Shown: piece by piece, positions 39,745 to 48,418 of the stretch | Position numbering within the stretch: the stretch's first letter is position 1 | How the letters are laid out: each line of letters starts with the position of its first letter | NCBI GenBank assembly: GCA_937952095.1 | Contig: CALFYG010000327.1 | Span: 1-50,245, forward strand | Direction of reading: 5' to 3' | DNA from: an uncultured Micrococcales bacterium | GTDB lineage: Bacteria > Actinomycetota > Actinomycetes > S36-B12 > UBA10799 | Length of the DNA: 50,245 nucleotides | Program-made: the position numbers and the translations under genes | The notes under the pieces: model-generated | Database searches by the model: none | What the model saw: the letters and a program-made list of their open reading frames with translations, nothing else | Told to the model about the DNA's origin: nothing

Positions 39745-41514
39745 ATGAGCGATCAGACCGACGGCAACGACGACGTGACCGAGGACGACGATGTCGAGGT
39801 CGTGGACCTGACCCTGCTCAGCGAGGGCGAGCTGCGCGAACGGCACGGCCTGCTCGGCGAGCTGATCGAGGAGCTGCGAGCGCAGCCCCGGACGATCGAG
39901 GTCGTCGCCACGATCAACGCTCTCCGCGAGGAGCGCAACGAGATCGTCCAGGCGGTCCGTGACCTGACCACCCTCGACTCCGCCGAGATCGAGGATCTGA
40001 GCATCGACTCCGCCGACCCCGTCGAGGGCGAGTCGGCCACCACCGAGGCCACCGAGGCCGAGGAGCCCACCACCCAGACCGAAGCGGAGGCGCCCACCCT
40101 GGCCGTCGTCGCCGAGGACACCAACGCACCCCAGGAGGATCCGGTGTCCGATCAGAACGAGATCATGGAGGCGGCCGACGAGGTCGTCGCCGAGGCGCTG
40201 GTCGCCTCCGCCGGTGAGCGTCCGGTCGCCCCGGCCGCCCAGACCCCCGAGCGTGTCCGGGTGGCGTACGTCGCCGGGGCCGGACAGAACGCCTTCACCC
40301 AGGGCGTCGATCTCGACATGGCCGGACTCGCCCGAGCGTGGGATTCCAAGCGGCACATCCAGCCCGCCGGGGACGCCCCCGTGTCGGCCGTGGTGGCCAG
40401 CCTGCCCGCCTTCGAGGACACCCCCGGCCTGCCGGTCGAGGTGCTGACCCACCGCAACACCGCCGAGCAGAACGACGCCATCGTCGCTGCTGCGGTCGCC
40501 GAGTGGCGGGAGGCCCGGTCGGGTGGCCCGCTGGCCCGCACCGCCGCCATCTGCTCGCCGCTCGACATCATCCGCGAGATCCCCGAGGTCGGCACCGACG
40601 AGACACCGTTCGCCTCGGCGTTCCCGTCCCGCCCGGTCGGCCGTCTCGGCTTCCAGTTCACCCAGCCCGCTTCGATCGCTTCGACGAACGGGGCGATCAC
40701 CGTGTGGACCGAGTCGAACCAGAACAGCGTCGACCCCGCCAACAGCTCGACGTGGAAGCCGTGCGTGAACATCGCCTGCTCGTCCCCGACCGAGGTGAAG
40801 GCCGAGGAGCTGGTGACGTGCGCGACGGTGGACTCGTCCACGCAGATGTCGTCCCCGGAGCGGGTCGCCGAGTTCATGCACCTCCTCGGGGTGCAGCGTT
40901 CCCGTCGCCGTGAGCAGTACCTGCTCGGCAAGTTCGACGCCACCGCCAGCGCCTACACGTTCGCCGGGACCTACGGCGCTCTGCCGTCGCTGATCCAGGC
41001 GGTCGCCACGCTGCTGCCGCAGTTGCTGTACGTCGAGCGTGAGGACGTGGCGAACTACGACCTGGTGCTGGAGCCCGGCCACTTCGCCAAGCTCTCCTAC
41101 GACGAGACGAACAAGGCGTACACCGACCCGGCCGATGTGAAGGCGGCGCTGGCCTCGGCGCTCGGCCTGAACGTCATCATCCTGCGGGACTTCAAGGCTG
41201 CGAGCCCGTTCCAGACCCCGCCCACCCCGGGTGGGTCGGCGGCGACGCTGGCCGAGATCCCCGACGCCAACGTGGTGCGGATCGTGCCCAGCGGCGCCTA
41301 CATCTACGGGTCGACCGGCGAGGAGTCGACCGGTTGGCAGACCGACCCGCAGCTCGCCCGTCAGAACCGTCAGCAGGCGTTCTCGGCCGAGTGGCTGATG
41401 CTCGCCAAGCACGGCGGTTCGCCCGCTGCGACGATCAGCGTGACCGCCGTCGGCAACGGGTCCCGGGCCTGCTGCACCACGGCGTTCAGCACCGGCACCT
41501 ACAGCGGATCCTGA
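39745..41514 (+). CDS. Major capsid protein (HK97-fold type) with an N-terminal acidic coiled-coil, delta/scaffold-like domain
   Basis: AGGAGA RBS. The first ~130 aa are acidic coiled-coil. The remainder (..ICSPLDIIREIPEV..RLGFQFTQP..WKPCVNIAC..LEPGHFAKL..) resembles actinophage capsid proteins. It is the last gene of the + strand head operon before a strong hairpin. Confidence 0.65.
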   Translation: MSDQTDGNDDVTEDDDVEVVDLTLLSEGELRERHGLLGELIEELRAQPRTIEVVATINALREERNEIVQAVRDLTTLDSAEIEDLSIDSADPVEGESATTEATEAEEPTTQTEAEAPTLAVVAEDTNAPQEDPVSDQNEIMEAADEVVAEALVASAGERPVAPAAQTPERVRVAYVAGAGQNAFTQGVDLDMAGLARAWDSKRHIQPAGDAPVSAVVASLPAFEDTPGLPVEVLTHRNTAEQNDAIVAAAVAEWREARSGGPLARTAAICSPLDIIREIPEVGTDETPFASAFPSRPVGRLGFQFTQPASIASTNGAITVWTESNQNSVDPANSSTWKPCVNIACSSPTEVKAEELVTCATVDSSTQMSSPERVAEFMHLLGVQRSRRREQYLLGKFDATASAYTFAGTYGALPSLIQAVATLLPQLLYVEREDVANYDLVLEPGHFAKLSYDETNKAYTDPADVKAALASALGLNVIILRDFKAASPFQTPPTPGGSAATLAEIPDANVVRIVPSGAYIYGSTGEESTGWQTDPQLARQNRQQAFSAEWLMLAKHGGSPAATISVTAVGNGSRACCTTAFSTGTYSGS

Positions 41515-41543
41515 CCCCCACCCCCTCCGGGGGTCGGATGATG

Positions 41544-41581
41544 ACAGGGGTGGCACCTACTTGCCCGGGTGCCACCCCTGT
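41544..41581. terminator. Bidirectional intrinsic-terminator-like hairpin between convergent genes
   Basis: A perfect 14-bp stem, ACAGGGGTGGCACC / GGTGCCACCCCTGT, with a 10-nt loop. It lies between the capsid gene stop (41514) and the minus-strand gene stop (41590). Confidence 0.6.
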
Positions 41582-41589
41582 TCCGCGTC

Positions 41590-42024
41590 TCAGAACCCGA
41601 CGACGGCAATGGTCACCGGCGGGTAGCGGTCGCTCCCGTCGTGGTCGACCAGCTCGACCGTGTCGGCCGCCCGGTCGTCGTCGGCGATGAGCGGCGGCAG
41701 GACATCCTCGGCGGTTTCGGCGATGGTGGTGAGGGCGTGGTGGGCGCTGGGGGCCTGGACCACGTCGGTGCCGTCGACTTTCCGGCCTGACCGGTCGAAG
41801 GCGGCGTAGGTCTGCCACGGGCGACGCTGATCCCACGGGTCACATACCCACCAGTGGGCGGTGATCTCGTCGGCGATGATGGCTTGGCCGTGGGCCTGGC
41901 CGTACCAGCTCTTGTCGGAGATGCGGGTGAGGGTGCCGACGATGTCGCCGTCGATCTCGATGTCGTAGCGGCCGGGGCGGTGGTTGACCGAGCGGATGGC
42001 CCGTTCGTCGTAGTTCGTTTCCAT
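41590..42024 (-). CDS. Hypothetical protein
   Basis: ATG 42024 (METNYDERAIR..) lies within ORF 41590..42060. Good GC3 bias. It is the lone minus-strand gene between the capsid and glycosyltransferase genes. Confidence 0.5.
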   Translation of the reverse strand: METNYDERAIRSVNHRPGRYDIEIDGDIVGTLTRISDKSWYGQAHGQAIIADEITAHWWVCDPWDQRRPWQTYAAFDRSGRKVDGTDVVQAPSAHHALTTIAETAEDVLPPLIADDDRAADTVELVDHDGSDRYPPVTIAVVGF

Positions 42025-42087
42025 GTGAAGTAGCATACCTGACAGGACAGACGGGGGCAAGGATGGCGTCGACTACCATCACCGCCC

Positions 42088-43443
42088 GTGCAGGCGATCA
42101 TCGTCGTCCCCATCCGGTCCGGGGACCCCGACCGGGACCGGCTGTGGGCCTACGTCCGGTCATGGTGGACCGAACACTTCGACTGGCCCATCTTCGAGGG
42201 CGAGCACCCCCACGGTGAAGGTCCGTTCAACCGGGCGCTGGCACTCAACCGGGGAGCACGGGCGGGGCTGGCCGCCCACCCCGACGCCGACATCATCGTC
42301 GCTATCGACGGTGACACGATCCCCGACCGGGACGCCGTGCTGGCCGCCGTCCAGCAGGCGCACGCCATCGGGATGATGGCCCTGGCCTACGACGTGCGGG
42401 TCGCCCTCGACCGCCCGAGCACCGATCTCATCCTGGCGGGCCAGGCACCGGCCGACTGGTCGGGACTCCCCGGGAAACGCAGCGAAGAGTTCGTGTCGTG
42501 TTGCGTGGTCGTCCCCCGGGGCCTGTGGGACGAGATGGACGGCTACGACGAGAAGTTCAGCGGCTACGGCTACGAGGACTTGGCGTTCTGCATCGCCGCT
42601 GAAACCTACAGCGGCAAGCAAGTGGTCAGGGTCCCCGCCCCGCTGTACCACTTGCATCACCAGCCGTCACCCGAGTCGTCGCCCCGCAGCCCCCTGCTCG
42701 CCTTGAACCGCAAGCGGTTCCTGGCCTACCGGACGCTGGAAGGACAGCGGGATGCGCTGGACGAGTTCCTGCACCTGGACCCCCATGGAGGCCCCGACGC
42801 GATGATCCCGCCCATCTTCCACCGCACCGTCCCGTCCAAGACCGAAGCCAAGGTCGAGGCGTTCTGGCGGACGTTCCAACAGCACCACGACCCCGCCGTG
42901 TGGGAGTTCGTGACATGGCGGGACCCGCTCGATCCAGCCGAATGGCCGCTGACCGCCAAGGCGTGGGATAAGTGCGCCAACGGGGCGCAGTACGCCGGGC
43001 TCATCCGCCTGGAAGCCCTCTACAAGCACGGCGGGTTCTACATTGATTCTGATGTGGAGTGCCTGCGGTCGTGGGAGACGCTGCGTTTCGCCCCGGCTGT
43101 TGCGGGGTGGGAGGACAACGCCGTGATCCCCGACGCCGTCCTGGGGGCGATACCCGGGCACCCGGCCGTGCTCGACATGCTGGCCGCCGCCGTCGAGTCC
43201 GTCACGAACGGGGAGGACGCCTGGCATTCCGGGCCGGGCGTGTCGACACGGATCCTGCGGGGACGCGACGACGTGCTCCTGTTGCCACCCGGGGCGTTCT
43301 ACCCGGTCCACTACCATGAGAAGGCCCGTCTGCGCGAGAACTTCAGCCGAACGGCCCCCTCGGCGTTCAGTGTCCACCACTGGCACGGGTCGTGGCTGAC
43401 ACCCGAACAGCGGCAACGGATAGCGGGGAGCCAACGTGTCTGA
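42088..43443 (+). CDS. Two-domain glycosyltransferase (GT2/GT-A type N-terminal half plus a DXD sugar-binding, GT32-like C-terminal half)
   Basis: N-terminal half: IIVAIDGDTIP.. and WDEMDGYDEKFSGYGYEDLAF (galactosyltransferase-like C-terminal motif). C-terminal half: IPPIFHRTVP.., YAGLIRLEALYKHGGFYIDSDVE (Gly_transf_sug-like). GTG start. Confidence 0.7.
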   Translation: MQAIIVVPIRSGDPDRDRLWAYVRSWWTEHFDWPIFEGEHPHGEGPFNRALALNRGARAGLAAHPDADIIVAIDGDTIPDRDAVLAAVQQAHAIGMMALAYDVRVALDRPSTDLILAGQAPADWSGLPGKRSEEFVSCCVVVPRGLWDEMDGYDEKFSGYGYEDLAFCIAAETYSGKQVVRVPAPLYHLHHQPSPESSPRSPLLALNRKRFLAYRTLEGQRDALDEFLHLDPHGGPDAMIPPIFHRTVPSKTEAKVEAFWRTFQQHHDPAVWEFVTWRDPLDPAEWPLTAKAWDKCANGAQYAGLIRLEALYKHGGFYIDSDVECLRSWETLRFAPAVAGWEDNAVIPDAVLGAIPGHPAVLDMLAAAVESVTNGEDAWHSGPGVSTRILRGRDDVLLLPPGAFYPVHYHEKARLRENFSRTAPSAFSVHHWHGSWLTPEQRQRIAGSQRV

Positions 43444-44176
43444 CGATCAAGCTCAGGTCGAGGTCGATGCTCACTCTCAAGTTGAGGTTGTCATCCCGTG
43501 GCGCGACACTGGTGACGAGCGCCGACGCCGGAACCTCGACTGGGTCGTCGCCAACCTGCGATCCCACTACCCGGACTGGGGTGTCACCCTCGCCGCCGAC
43601 GGTGACGACGGGCCGTTCAACCGGTCGGCGGCGATCATCAACGGGGCGCTGACTAGCGAGGCGGACGTGATCGTCGTGCATGACGGTGACGTCTGGTTCA
43701 CCGGTGACCTGACCGACGCTGCGACCGTCGCCGTCTCCGAGGACGCCTGGGTGATCCCGCACTTCAACCTGCTACGTCTGGACGCCGACACGTCGGACCG
43801 GGTGCTGGCCCAAGCGCCCGAACAGGTGTCGGGCGAACTGCACCTCGACCAGCCGCCGTACGCCGGTAACCCCGGCGGCACCCTGCTGGTCCTACCGACC
43901 GAGATGCTGTTGGCGGTCCCCCCGGACGTCCGGTTCGTCGGCTGGGGCCAGGAGGACGACGCCTGGGCGTGTGCGCTCAAGGGCCTGGTCGGTCCGCCGA
44001 TGCGTGGCGCCCACGACCTGTGGCACCTGTGGCACACCCCGCAGGAGCGGATGTCGCGGTCCGAAGGCAACGAGGCGGGCGTCGAGTTGGTCAACCGGTA
44101 CGGGCGTGTCCGCTCCGACCGGGCGGCCTTGCGTGCCCTGGTGGACGAGTCGAAACAGTTCTGGCCGACGACCTAG
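43436..44176 (+). CDS. GT-A fold glycosyltransferase
   Basis: VVIPWRD.., VIVVHDGDVW (DxD), and FVGWGQEDDAWACAL (GWG-ED motif). GTG start overlaps the upstream stop. Confidence 0.65.
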   Translation: MSDDQAQVEVDAHSQVEVVIPWRDTGDERRRRNLDWVVANLRSHYPDWGVTLAADGDDGPFNRSAAIINGALTSEADVIVVHDGDVWFTGDLTDAATVAVSEDAWVIPHFNLLRLDADTSDRVLAQAPEQVSGELHLDQPPYAGNPGGTLLVLPTEMLLAVPPDVRFVGWGQEDDAWACALKGLVGPPMRGAHDLWHLWHTPQERMSRSEGNEAGVELVNRYGRVRSDRAALRALVDESKQFWPTT

Positions 44177-44427
44177 CGCCGGTCGAGACGCTGGCGGAGA
44201 CGCTGCGTGCGATCGTGGTACTCGATGGCGATGTCCACGATGATCCATCCGGCTGCGATGACGACGGCGGTGGCGACGGCGAACATGATCCACCACCGCC
44301 AGTCGCCCCACTGGACGATGCCGCCGACGAACGTGGCGAGCATGGCGACGAGGCCGATGCGGCCGATCCACGCCATCACGTTGTGGACTCGGATCAGGTC
44401 CCGGCGGGACCACGTCGGATACCTCAC
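44173..44427 (-). CDS. Small membrane protein with two predicted TM helices
   Basis: GTG 44427 overlaps the upstream stop (GTGA). Hydrophobic segments IGRIGLVAMLATFVGGIV and WWIMFAVATAVVIAAGWIIV. Confidence 0.5.
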   Translation of the reverse strand: MRYPTWSRRDLIRVHNVMAWIGRIGLVAMLATFVGGIVQWGDWRWWIMFAVATAVVIAAGWIIVDIAIEYHDRTQRLRQRLDRR

Positions 44428-44930
44428 TTGAGGGACTCCTTGAAGGTCACGTTGGGGATCGCCCACTCGTCGTCCTGCACGTCACCCTTGTCGATCCCGG
44501 CGGCGGACAGTCCGCCCTGCTTGGCCGAGGTCGACCGGTACAGGGGGATGATCGACCTGACGAGGGCTTCATGTCGACTCACGGCGATGGCAGGGTCGGC
44601 GACGGCTTCACCGTCGGCATCGTAGAGGCTGCGTGTGGCGATGCGGTCGAGGATGGCGTCCCAGTCGGTGACACGCTTGACCGCCGCTCGGCGTTCGAAC
44701 AGGCCGTACCCGTCCACGACGGCCTGCTTGTCGTCACCCATGAGCTGGGCGGCCTTGGCTCCGAGGGCGTCGCGGGTTTCAGCCAGCGCCTTGCGTGCCC
44801 GGTCGAGACTTCCGACGAGCTTGAGGAGGGCGGCCAGGTCGAGGTCGTCGGAGCCGTCGTAGATGTCCATCGCCCAGGCGGGGATGGCGTCGAGCGACTC
44901 GATGTGATCGGTGAGGGTCGTTTCATCCAT
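44424..44930 (-). CDS. Hypothetical protein
   Basis: ATG 44930 (MDETTLTDHIESL..) lies inside ORF 44424..45032. Good GC3 bias. No family recognised. Confidence 0.5.
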   Translation of the reverse strand: MDETTLTDHIESLDAIPAWAMDIYDGSDDLDLAALLKLVGSLDRARKALAETRDALGAKAAQLMGDDKQAVVDGYGLFERRAAVKRVTDWDAILDRIATRSLYDADGEAVADPAIAVSRHEALVRSIIPLYRSTSAKQGGLSAAGIDKGDVQDDEWAIPNVTFKESLK

Positions 44931-44950
44931 GCCGGTCACACTAGCGCAGG

Positions 44951-45304
44951 CTAGCGACACTCGGGGGGTGGCCTGTCGCCGACCGACAGGGCGTAGAGCG
45001 TCTGCCGTCCAAACAGGGTACCGACCAGCCACCCGGCATCAGACAGTCGACGGAGTGGCTTCGTCTCGCAGACGTAGAACTTGGCGGGCGTCTTGGGTGG
45101 GGCGACCCTGAACGCCTTGACCGGGTCGAGGCCCTCGGCGGCGTAGGCGTCGAGAGTGCGGCTGTCCGCTTCGGCGGCGGCTTTCATCCGGTCCACGAAC
45201 CACGACATCAGCTTGAGGTCGCCACCGTGCAGCCTGCCGGTCATGGCTCGCTCGACGGTGTGGATGTGGGCGAGCACCCGTTCGGATCCCGTCGTACCGT
45301 CCAC
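44951..45304 (-). CDS. Hypothetical protein, possibly winged-helix DNA-binding
   Basis: GTG 45304 lies 7 nt after GAGGAG. The upstream part of ORF 44951..45673 is Arg/Ser/Pro-rich, out-of-frame-looking sequence. The C-terminal KFYVCETKPLRRLSDAGWLVGTLFGRQTLYAL has a wHTH-like pattern. Confidence 0.4.
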   Translation of the reverse strand: MDGTTGSERVLAHIHTVERAMTGRLHGGDLKLMSWFVDRMKAAAEADSRTLDAYAAEGLDPVKAFRVAPPKTPAKFYVCETKPLRRLSDAGWLVGTLFGRQTLYALSVGDRPPPECR

Positions 45305-45494
45305 CTTCTGGCTCTCCTCGCTCGGGGGTGTGTTGGCAGGTGGGCCACCAAGGGAAGGGACCCACGTTCCCACTGGGGTGGGGCGTCGAGGAAGGGATGC
45401 GCCCCGGGGACGGGGATTGGGACCCACCTGCCGTGAAAGTTCATATCGCAGGATGACGACACGGTCAACCTGCATGTGCCAGAATCCAGAACCC
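45305..45494. promoter_or_regulatory. Divergent control region with a 14-bp direct repeat
   Basis: A non-coding gap between the leftward (44173-45304) and rightward (45495 onward) gene sets. GGGACCCACGTTCC starts at 45357 and GGGACCCACCTGCC at 45419 (12 of 14 identical). Confidence 0.35.
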
Positions 45495-46331
45495 ATGACA
45501 CCGATCGAACCAACCTGGGCGGCGCAGGCCCCCGACCCCGAGGCCGTCGTCTGGCACCCCGAGGTCGCCCGGCTCCTGGCCGAGAAGGGTGTCGGATCCG
45601 GCACCGCCGCCACCGACGCGCTCCTGCTCCTGCGCCTGTGGAGGGACGGGCGGGGGAGCATGGTTGAAGCCACCTACGACAGCCTGGCCGAGCAAGTGGC
45701 GATGACCCGGACCCGGGTGCGCGAAGCGATCAGCAGGCTGGAGAAGATAGGTGTCCTGGTCACGGCGACGGTCCCCGGTGGTGGGCGGTCCAAGCTCTAC
45801 GGGGTCGACTGGTCGGCCCTCGGCCACCATGCGACCGTCGCGCCGGGTCAGGCAGGTGAGACTCCGCCAACCGCTCCCCACCGCGCCGGGCGCGGTCAGG
45901 CGCGGTCAGGCGCGGTCGATGTGCCGGAATCCGGCAGTCCGGCCACTTGGAGCGACGACTCGGCAGCAGAAACGCTTTGTCTCCAACTGGCGGCGGCGGT
46001 GACCGCCCACCGGGGGTCACGGCCCAAAGTGTCGACACGGTGGCTCGCAGACATGGGGCTGCTCTTGCGGCGGGGTCCGACCGACACCGAGGATCCGCCA
46101 CCGACGCCGACCGAGGTGGCGACGGTGATCGACGGGACGTTCACCCGTCTGGCCGAGCCGTCCCCCAAAGGGTTCTGCTGGGCCGACCAGGTGCGGTCCC
46201 CCGGTGCGCTGCGGAGCCATTGGTCGCAGCTCGTCCTGGCCTTGCGACGGTCAGCGCCGAAACGGGGGACCGGTGATATCGTCGCCGCCATGAACACATG
46301 GAACAACCTCATCAGTGAGGACGGGACGTGA
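45495..46331 (+). CDS. Winged-helix DNA-binding protein (replication-initiator or regulator type)
   Basis: YDSLAEQVAMTRTRVREAISRLEKIGVLV is an HTH/wHTH pattern. Start uncertain (ATG 45453, 45474 or 45495). The ORF-track start 45156 overlaps the divergent gene. Confidence 0.5.
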   Translation: MTPIEPTWAAQAPDPEAVVWHPEVARLLAEKGVGSGTAATDALLLLRLWRDGRGSMVEATYDSLAEQVAMTRTRVREAISRLEKIGVLVTATVPGGGRSKLYGVDWSALGHHATVAPGQAGETPPTAPHRAGRGQARSGAVDVPESGSPATWSDDSAAETLCLQLAAAVTAHRGSRPKVSTRWLADMGLLLRRGPTDTEDPPPTPTEVATVIDGTFTRLAEPSPKGFCWADQVRSPGALRSHWSQLVLALRRSAPKRGTGDIVAAMNTWNNLISEDGT

Positions 46332-46783
46332 CCCCGGCCGAGGCCGTCGAGTGCGCCCGGCTCATCACCGACCTGTGGCCGCACCCGCCGACGACTGACG
46401 TCCGGCTCACCCTCTTGGCGTCGGCGTTGGAGGCCGTCCCGTCACGGGCTGATGCTGCCCGGGCGATCAACGACCTGTTCTATACGGAGCGGTTCCAGCC
46501 GACCCCGGCCGAGATCATCGAACGCTCTCTCGGCCTGTCGGGGATCATGGACAGAGAGTGGCGGTCCATCCTCGCCCGCCTGGCGGGCTCCGAGAACACC
46601 CCGAGCCAGGGGGCGATCGCTGCCCTGCGGGCGGCCGGGTCGTCGTTGGCCGGACTTCGGGGGGCGACCGAGCAGCAAGTGGACGTCATCCATCGTCGGT
46701 GGGAGGCCGCTCGCCGGTCCGCCCTGCTGGTCGAGGTTCGTCGTCGGTTCAGCAGCAAGGAGTTGACCAGTGCCCAAAGTTGA
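46328..46783 (+). CDS. Hypothetical protein
   Basis: GTGA-coupled start. Good GC3 bias. No family recognised. Confidence 0.5.
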   Translation: MTPAEAVECARLITDLWPHPPTTDVRLTLLASALEAVPSRADAARAINDLFYTERFQPTPAEIIERSLGLSGIMDREWRSILARLAGSENTPSQGAIAALRAAGSSLAGLRGATEQQVDVIHRRWEAARRSALLVEVRRRFSSKELTSAQS

Positions 46784-47054
46784 CGACCAGTACCTGCCGC
46801 CCATCATCCGCACGGGCCGCGCCCCGGAACCCACCTACCGGTGCCTGGAGTGTCTCGACGTCAGGTGGGTCCACTCGACGGTCGACGCCATGACCGTGCG
46901 GCCGTGCCGCCAATGCGCCAAGGTCACGCACCGGCGGTGGGCCGAAGGGCATTTCGTGCTCGACCATGCGTGCGACGAGTGCGCCGGGATCCGGGCCGGT
47001 CGGATCACCGAACTGGACTTCGCCGCCGACGGGTCCCGCATCGGGGCGACGTGA
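46770..47054 (+). CDS. Cys-rich (three CxxC pairs) putative zinc-binding protein
   Basis: AAGGAG lies 7 nt upstream of GTG 46770. Contains CLEC...CRQC...CDEC. Confidence 0.5.
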   Translation: MPKVDDQYLPPIIRTGRAPEPTYRCLECLDVRWVHSTVDAMTVRPCRQCAKVTHRRWAEGHFVLDHACDECAGIRAGRITELDFAADGSRIGAT

Positions 47055-47248
47055 CCCCAGCTTGTGACGTCACCGGGGGGTGCCCGCACGACGCGATCGG
47101 GTTCTTCACCGTCACCACGATCCGGGGGGAACGGATCCACTTGTGGGCCTGTGTCAAGTGCTCGGGGTGGTGGCGGCGTCGGCATCCCGACGACCCGTGG
47201 ACCGCTCAGGCTCCGACTTCGACGAACCGCCAGTCGTACCGGCCGTAG
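47051..47248 (+). CDS. Small Cys/His-rich protein, 65 aa
   Basis: GTGA-coupled start inside ORF 46841..47248. Contains CDVTGGCPH...CVKCSGWW. Its 3' end overlaps the convergent metallopeptidase gene by 43 nt. Confidence 0.35.
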   Translation: MTPACDVTGGCPHDAIGFFTVTTIRGERIHLWACVKCSGWWRRRHPDDPWTAQAPTSTNRQSYRP

Positions 47249-47991
47249 GTGCCAGGGTCCAGTTCCCTGGCTTTGGCGTCCAGGGCCACGGGGGATACTC
47301 GGGTCAGTCGACGGCCCGGCGACGTAGTGCAGTGCCAGACGTAGTGCCAGGTCCGGCCGTCGTTGGATGCGTGGGTCGTGACATCCTTGACCCGCCCGGA
47401 GAACCAGGCGGTGGTGCCGTCGGGCAGCGTGGTTTCCAACGCCCACCGGGTGGCGGGCTTGCGTTCGGGGCGGTGGGCTGCGAGCCGATCAGCGGCGGCG
47501 GACCGCTGGGCCTCGGTCAGCTTGCGCTTGGGCCTGATACGCACCTTGCGAGCCTTGAGTTGCGCCTTGAGGGCGTTGGCGTTGGACCGGCCGCAGAACC
47601 TCGACACCAGCTTGAGGTAGACGTCGGCGAAACACCAGCCGTGGGGTCGGTCGTCACCGTCGTACTCGGGGTGATTACTGGGGAGAACGAGGTGGGCGAC
47701 TTCATGGAGGACGACCCACCGCTTCCGGGCGGCCGGGGTGAAGGACAGTTTCCTCTGGCCCCGGGATGCCCAGGCTCCACCTCGGCCGTTGCCCGGGAAG
47801 GCGACCGTTGGGTGCGTGGTGCAGGGACGGTATCCCTTGGAGTAGAGCCACTTGCATGCTTTGGTGGCGAGGGCTGTCACTTCTGCCTCGGAGATCAACT
47901 CGGACGCCTTGGTGGTCCACTCGGTGCTGCGCTCGGCGGCGTACAGCTTGCCCTTCTGTGAGTCTTGAGTTGGGTATGTGGTTGTTGCCAT
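47206..47991 (-). CDS. SprT-like HExxH zinc metallopeptidase/metallohydrolase
   Basis: WVVLHEVAHLV (HExxH) preceded by KLYAAE. ATG 47991 lies 6 nt downstream of a TATAAT box, so the transcript is probably leaderless. Confidence 0.6.
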   Translation of the reverse strand: MATTTYPTQDSQKGKLYAAERSTEWTTKASELISEAEVTALATKACKWLYSKGYRPCTTHPTVAFPGNGRGGAWASRGQRKLSFTPAARKRWVVLHEVAHLVLPSNHPEYDGDDRPHGWCFADVYLKLVSRFCGRSNANALKAQLKARKVRIRPKRKLTEAQRSAAADRLAAHRPERKPATRWALETTLPDGTTAWFSGRVKDVTTHASNDGRTWHYVWHCTTSPGRRLTRVSPVALDAKARELDPGTYGRYDWRFVEVGA

Positions 47992-47997
47992 GACACC

Positions 47998-48017
47998 ATT
48001 ATAGCACAGGGTGTCAA
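47998..48017 (-). promoter_or_regulatory. Extended -10 promoter for a leaderless transcript of the metallopeptidase gene
   Basis: The minus strand reads TTGACA ccctg TGcTATAAT ggtgtc ATG. TGnTATAAT ends 6 nt before the start codon. The TTGACA lies too close to serve as a canonical -35. Confidence 0.45.
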
Positions 48018-48039
48018 CACTGGTGGTTGCCAAGGATGG

Positions 48040-48069
48040 TTGAAGGCGACCTTGGCCGTCTGGTAGTAT
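48040..48069 (+). promoter_or_regulatory. SigA-type promoter candidate for the rightward early genes
   Basis: TTGAAG (48040-48045), 18-nt spacer, TAGTAT (48064-48069). An AAGGAG RBS precedes ATG 48124. Confidence 0.4.
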
Positions 48070-48123
48070 CCCACGTCACAACACATAACCGCCCCTTGGA
48101 CGGGGCAGAAGGAGAATGAACCC

Positions 48124-48411
48124 ATGGACATCCAGTGGGAGGACCCACCCGAGGACGGACGGATCCACAAGAAGGGCAAGTACCGACCCACGCTGGACGC
48201 ACTGCGGGCCAACCCCGGGTCATGGGCACGGGTCGCTGAGTTCGACGGCATCCAGTCCGCGTCGGCAACGGCTGCGTCGATCAAGTCCGGCGCCGTGCTC
48301 GGATCGGCCCCCAAGGGGAGCTTCGAAGCCGTGTCGCGCGTCCTGCCGGACGACCGGGGCGGCGTGTGGGCACGGTTCGTCGGTGAGTCCATCAGGGCGG
48401 CAACCCCGTAG
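48124..48411 (+). CDS. Hypothetical protein
   Basis: Strong RBS and good GC3 bias. No family recognised. Confidence 0.55.
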   Translation: MDIQWEDPPEDGRIHKKGKYRPTLDALRANPGSWARVAEFDGIQSASATAASIKSGAVLGSAPKGSFEAVSRVLPDDRGGVWARFVGESIRAATP

Positions 48412-48418
48412 TCGGACG

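Noticed and set aside
42063-42090. ATG 42063 as the start of the first glycosyltransferase.
   Set aside because: It is in a different frame from the glycosyltransferase ORF and runs into a stop after about 55 codons. GTG 42088 is the first in-frame start.
45156-45494. ORF-track start 45156 for the rightward wHTH gene, and start 45673 for the leftward ORF 44951..45673.
   Set aside because: The two extensions overlap each other on opposite strands across the intergenic control region and translate to Arg/Ser/Pro-rich sequence. Internal starts (GTG 45304 with GAGGAG; ATG 45453/45474/45495) give compact, non-overlapping genes.
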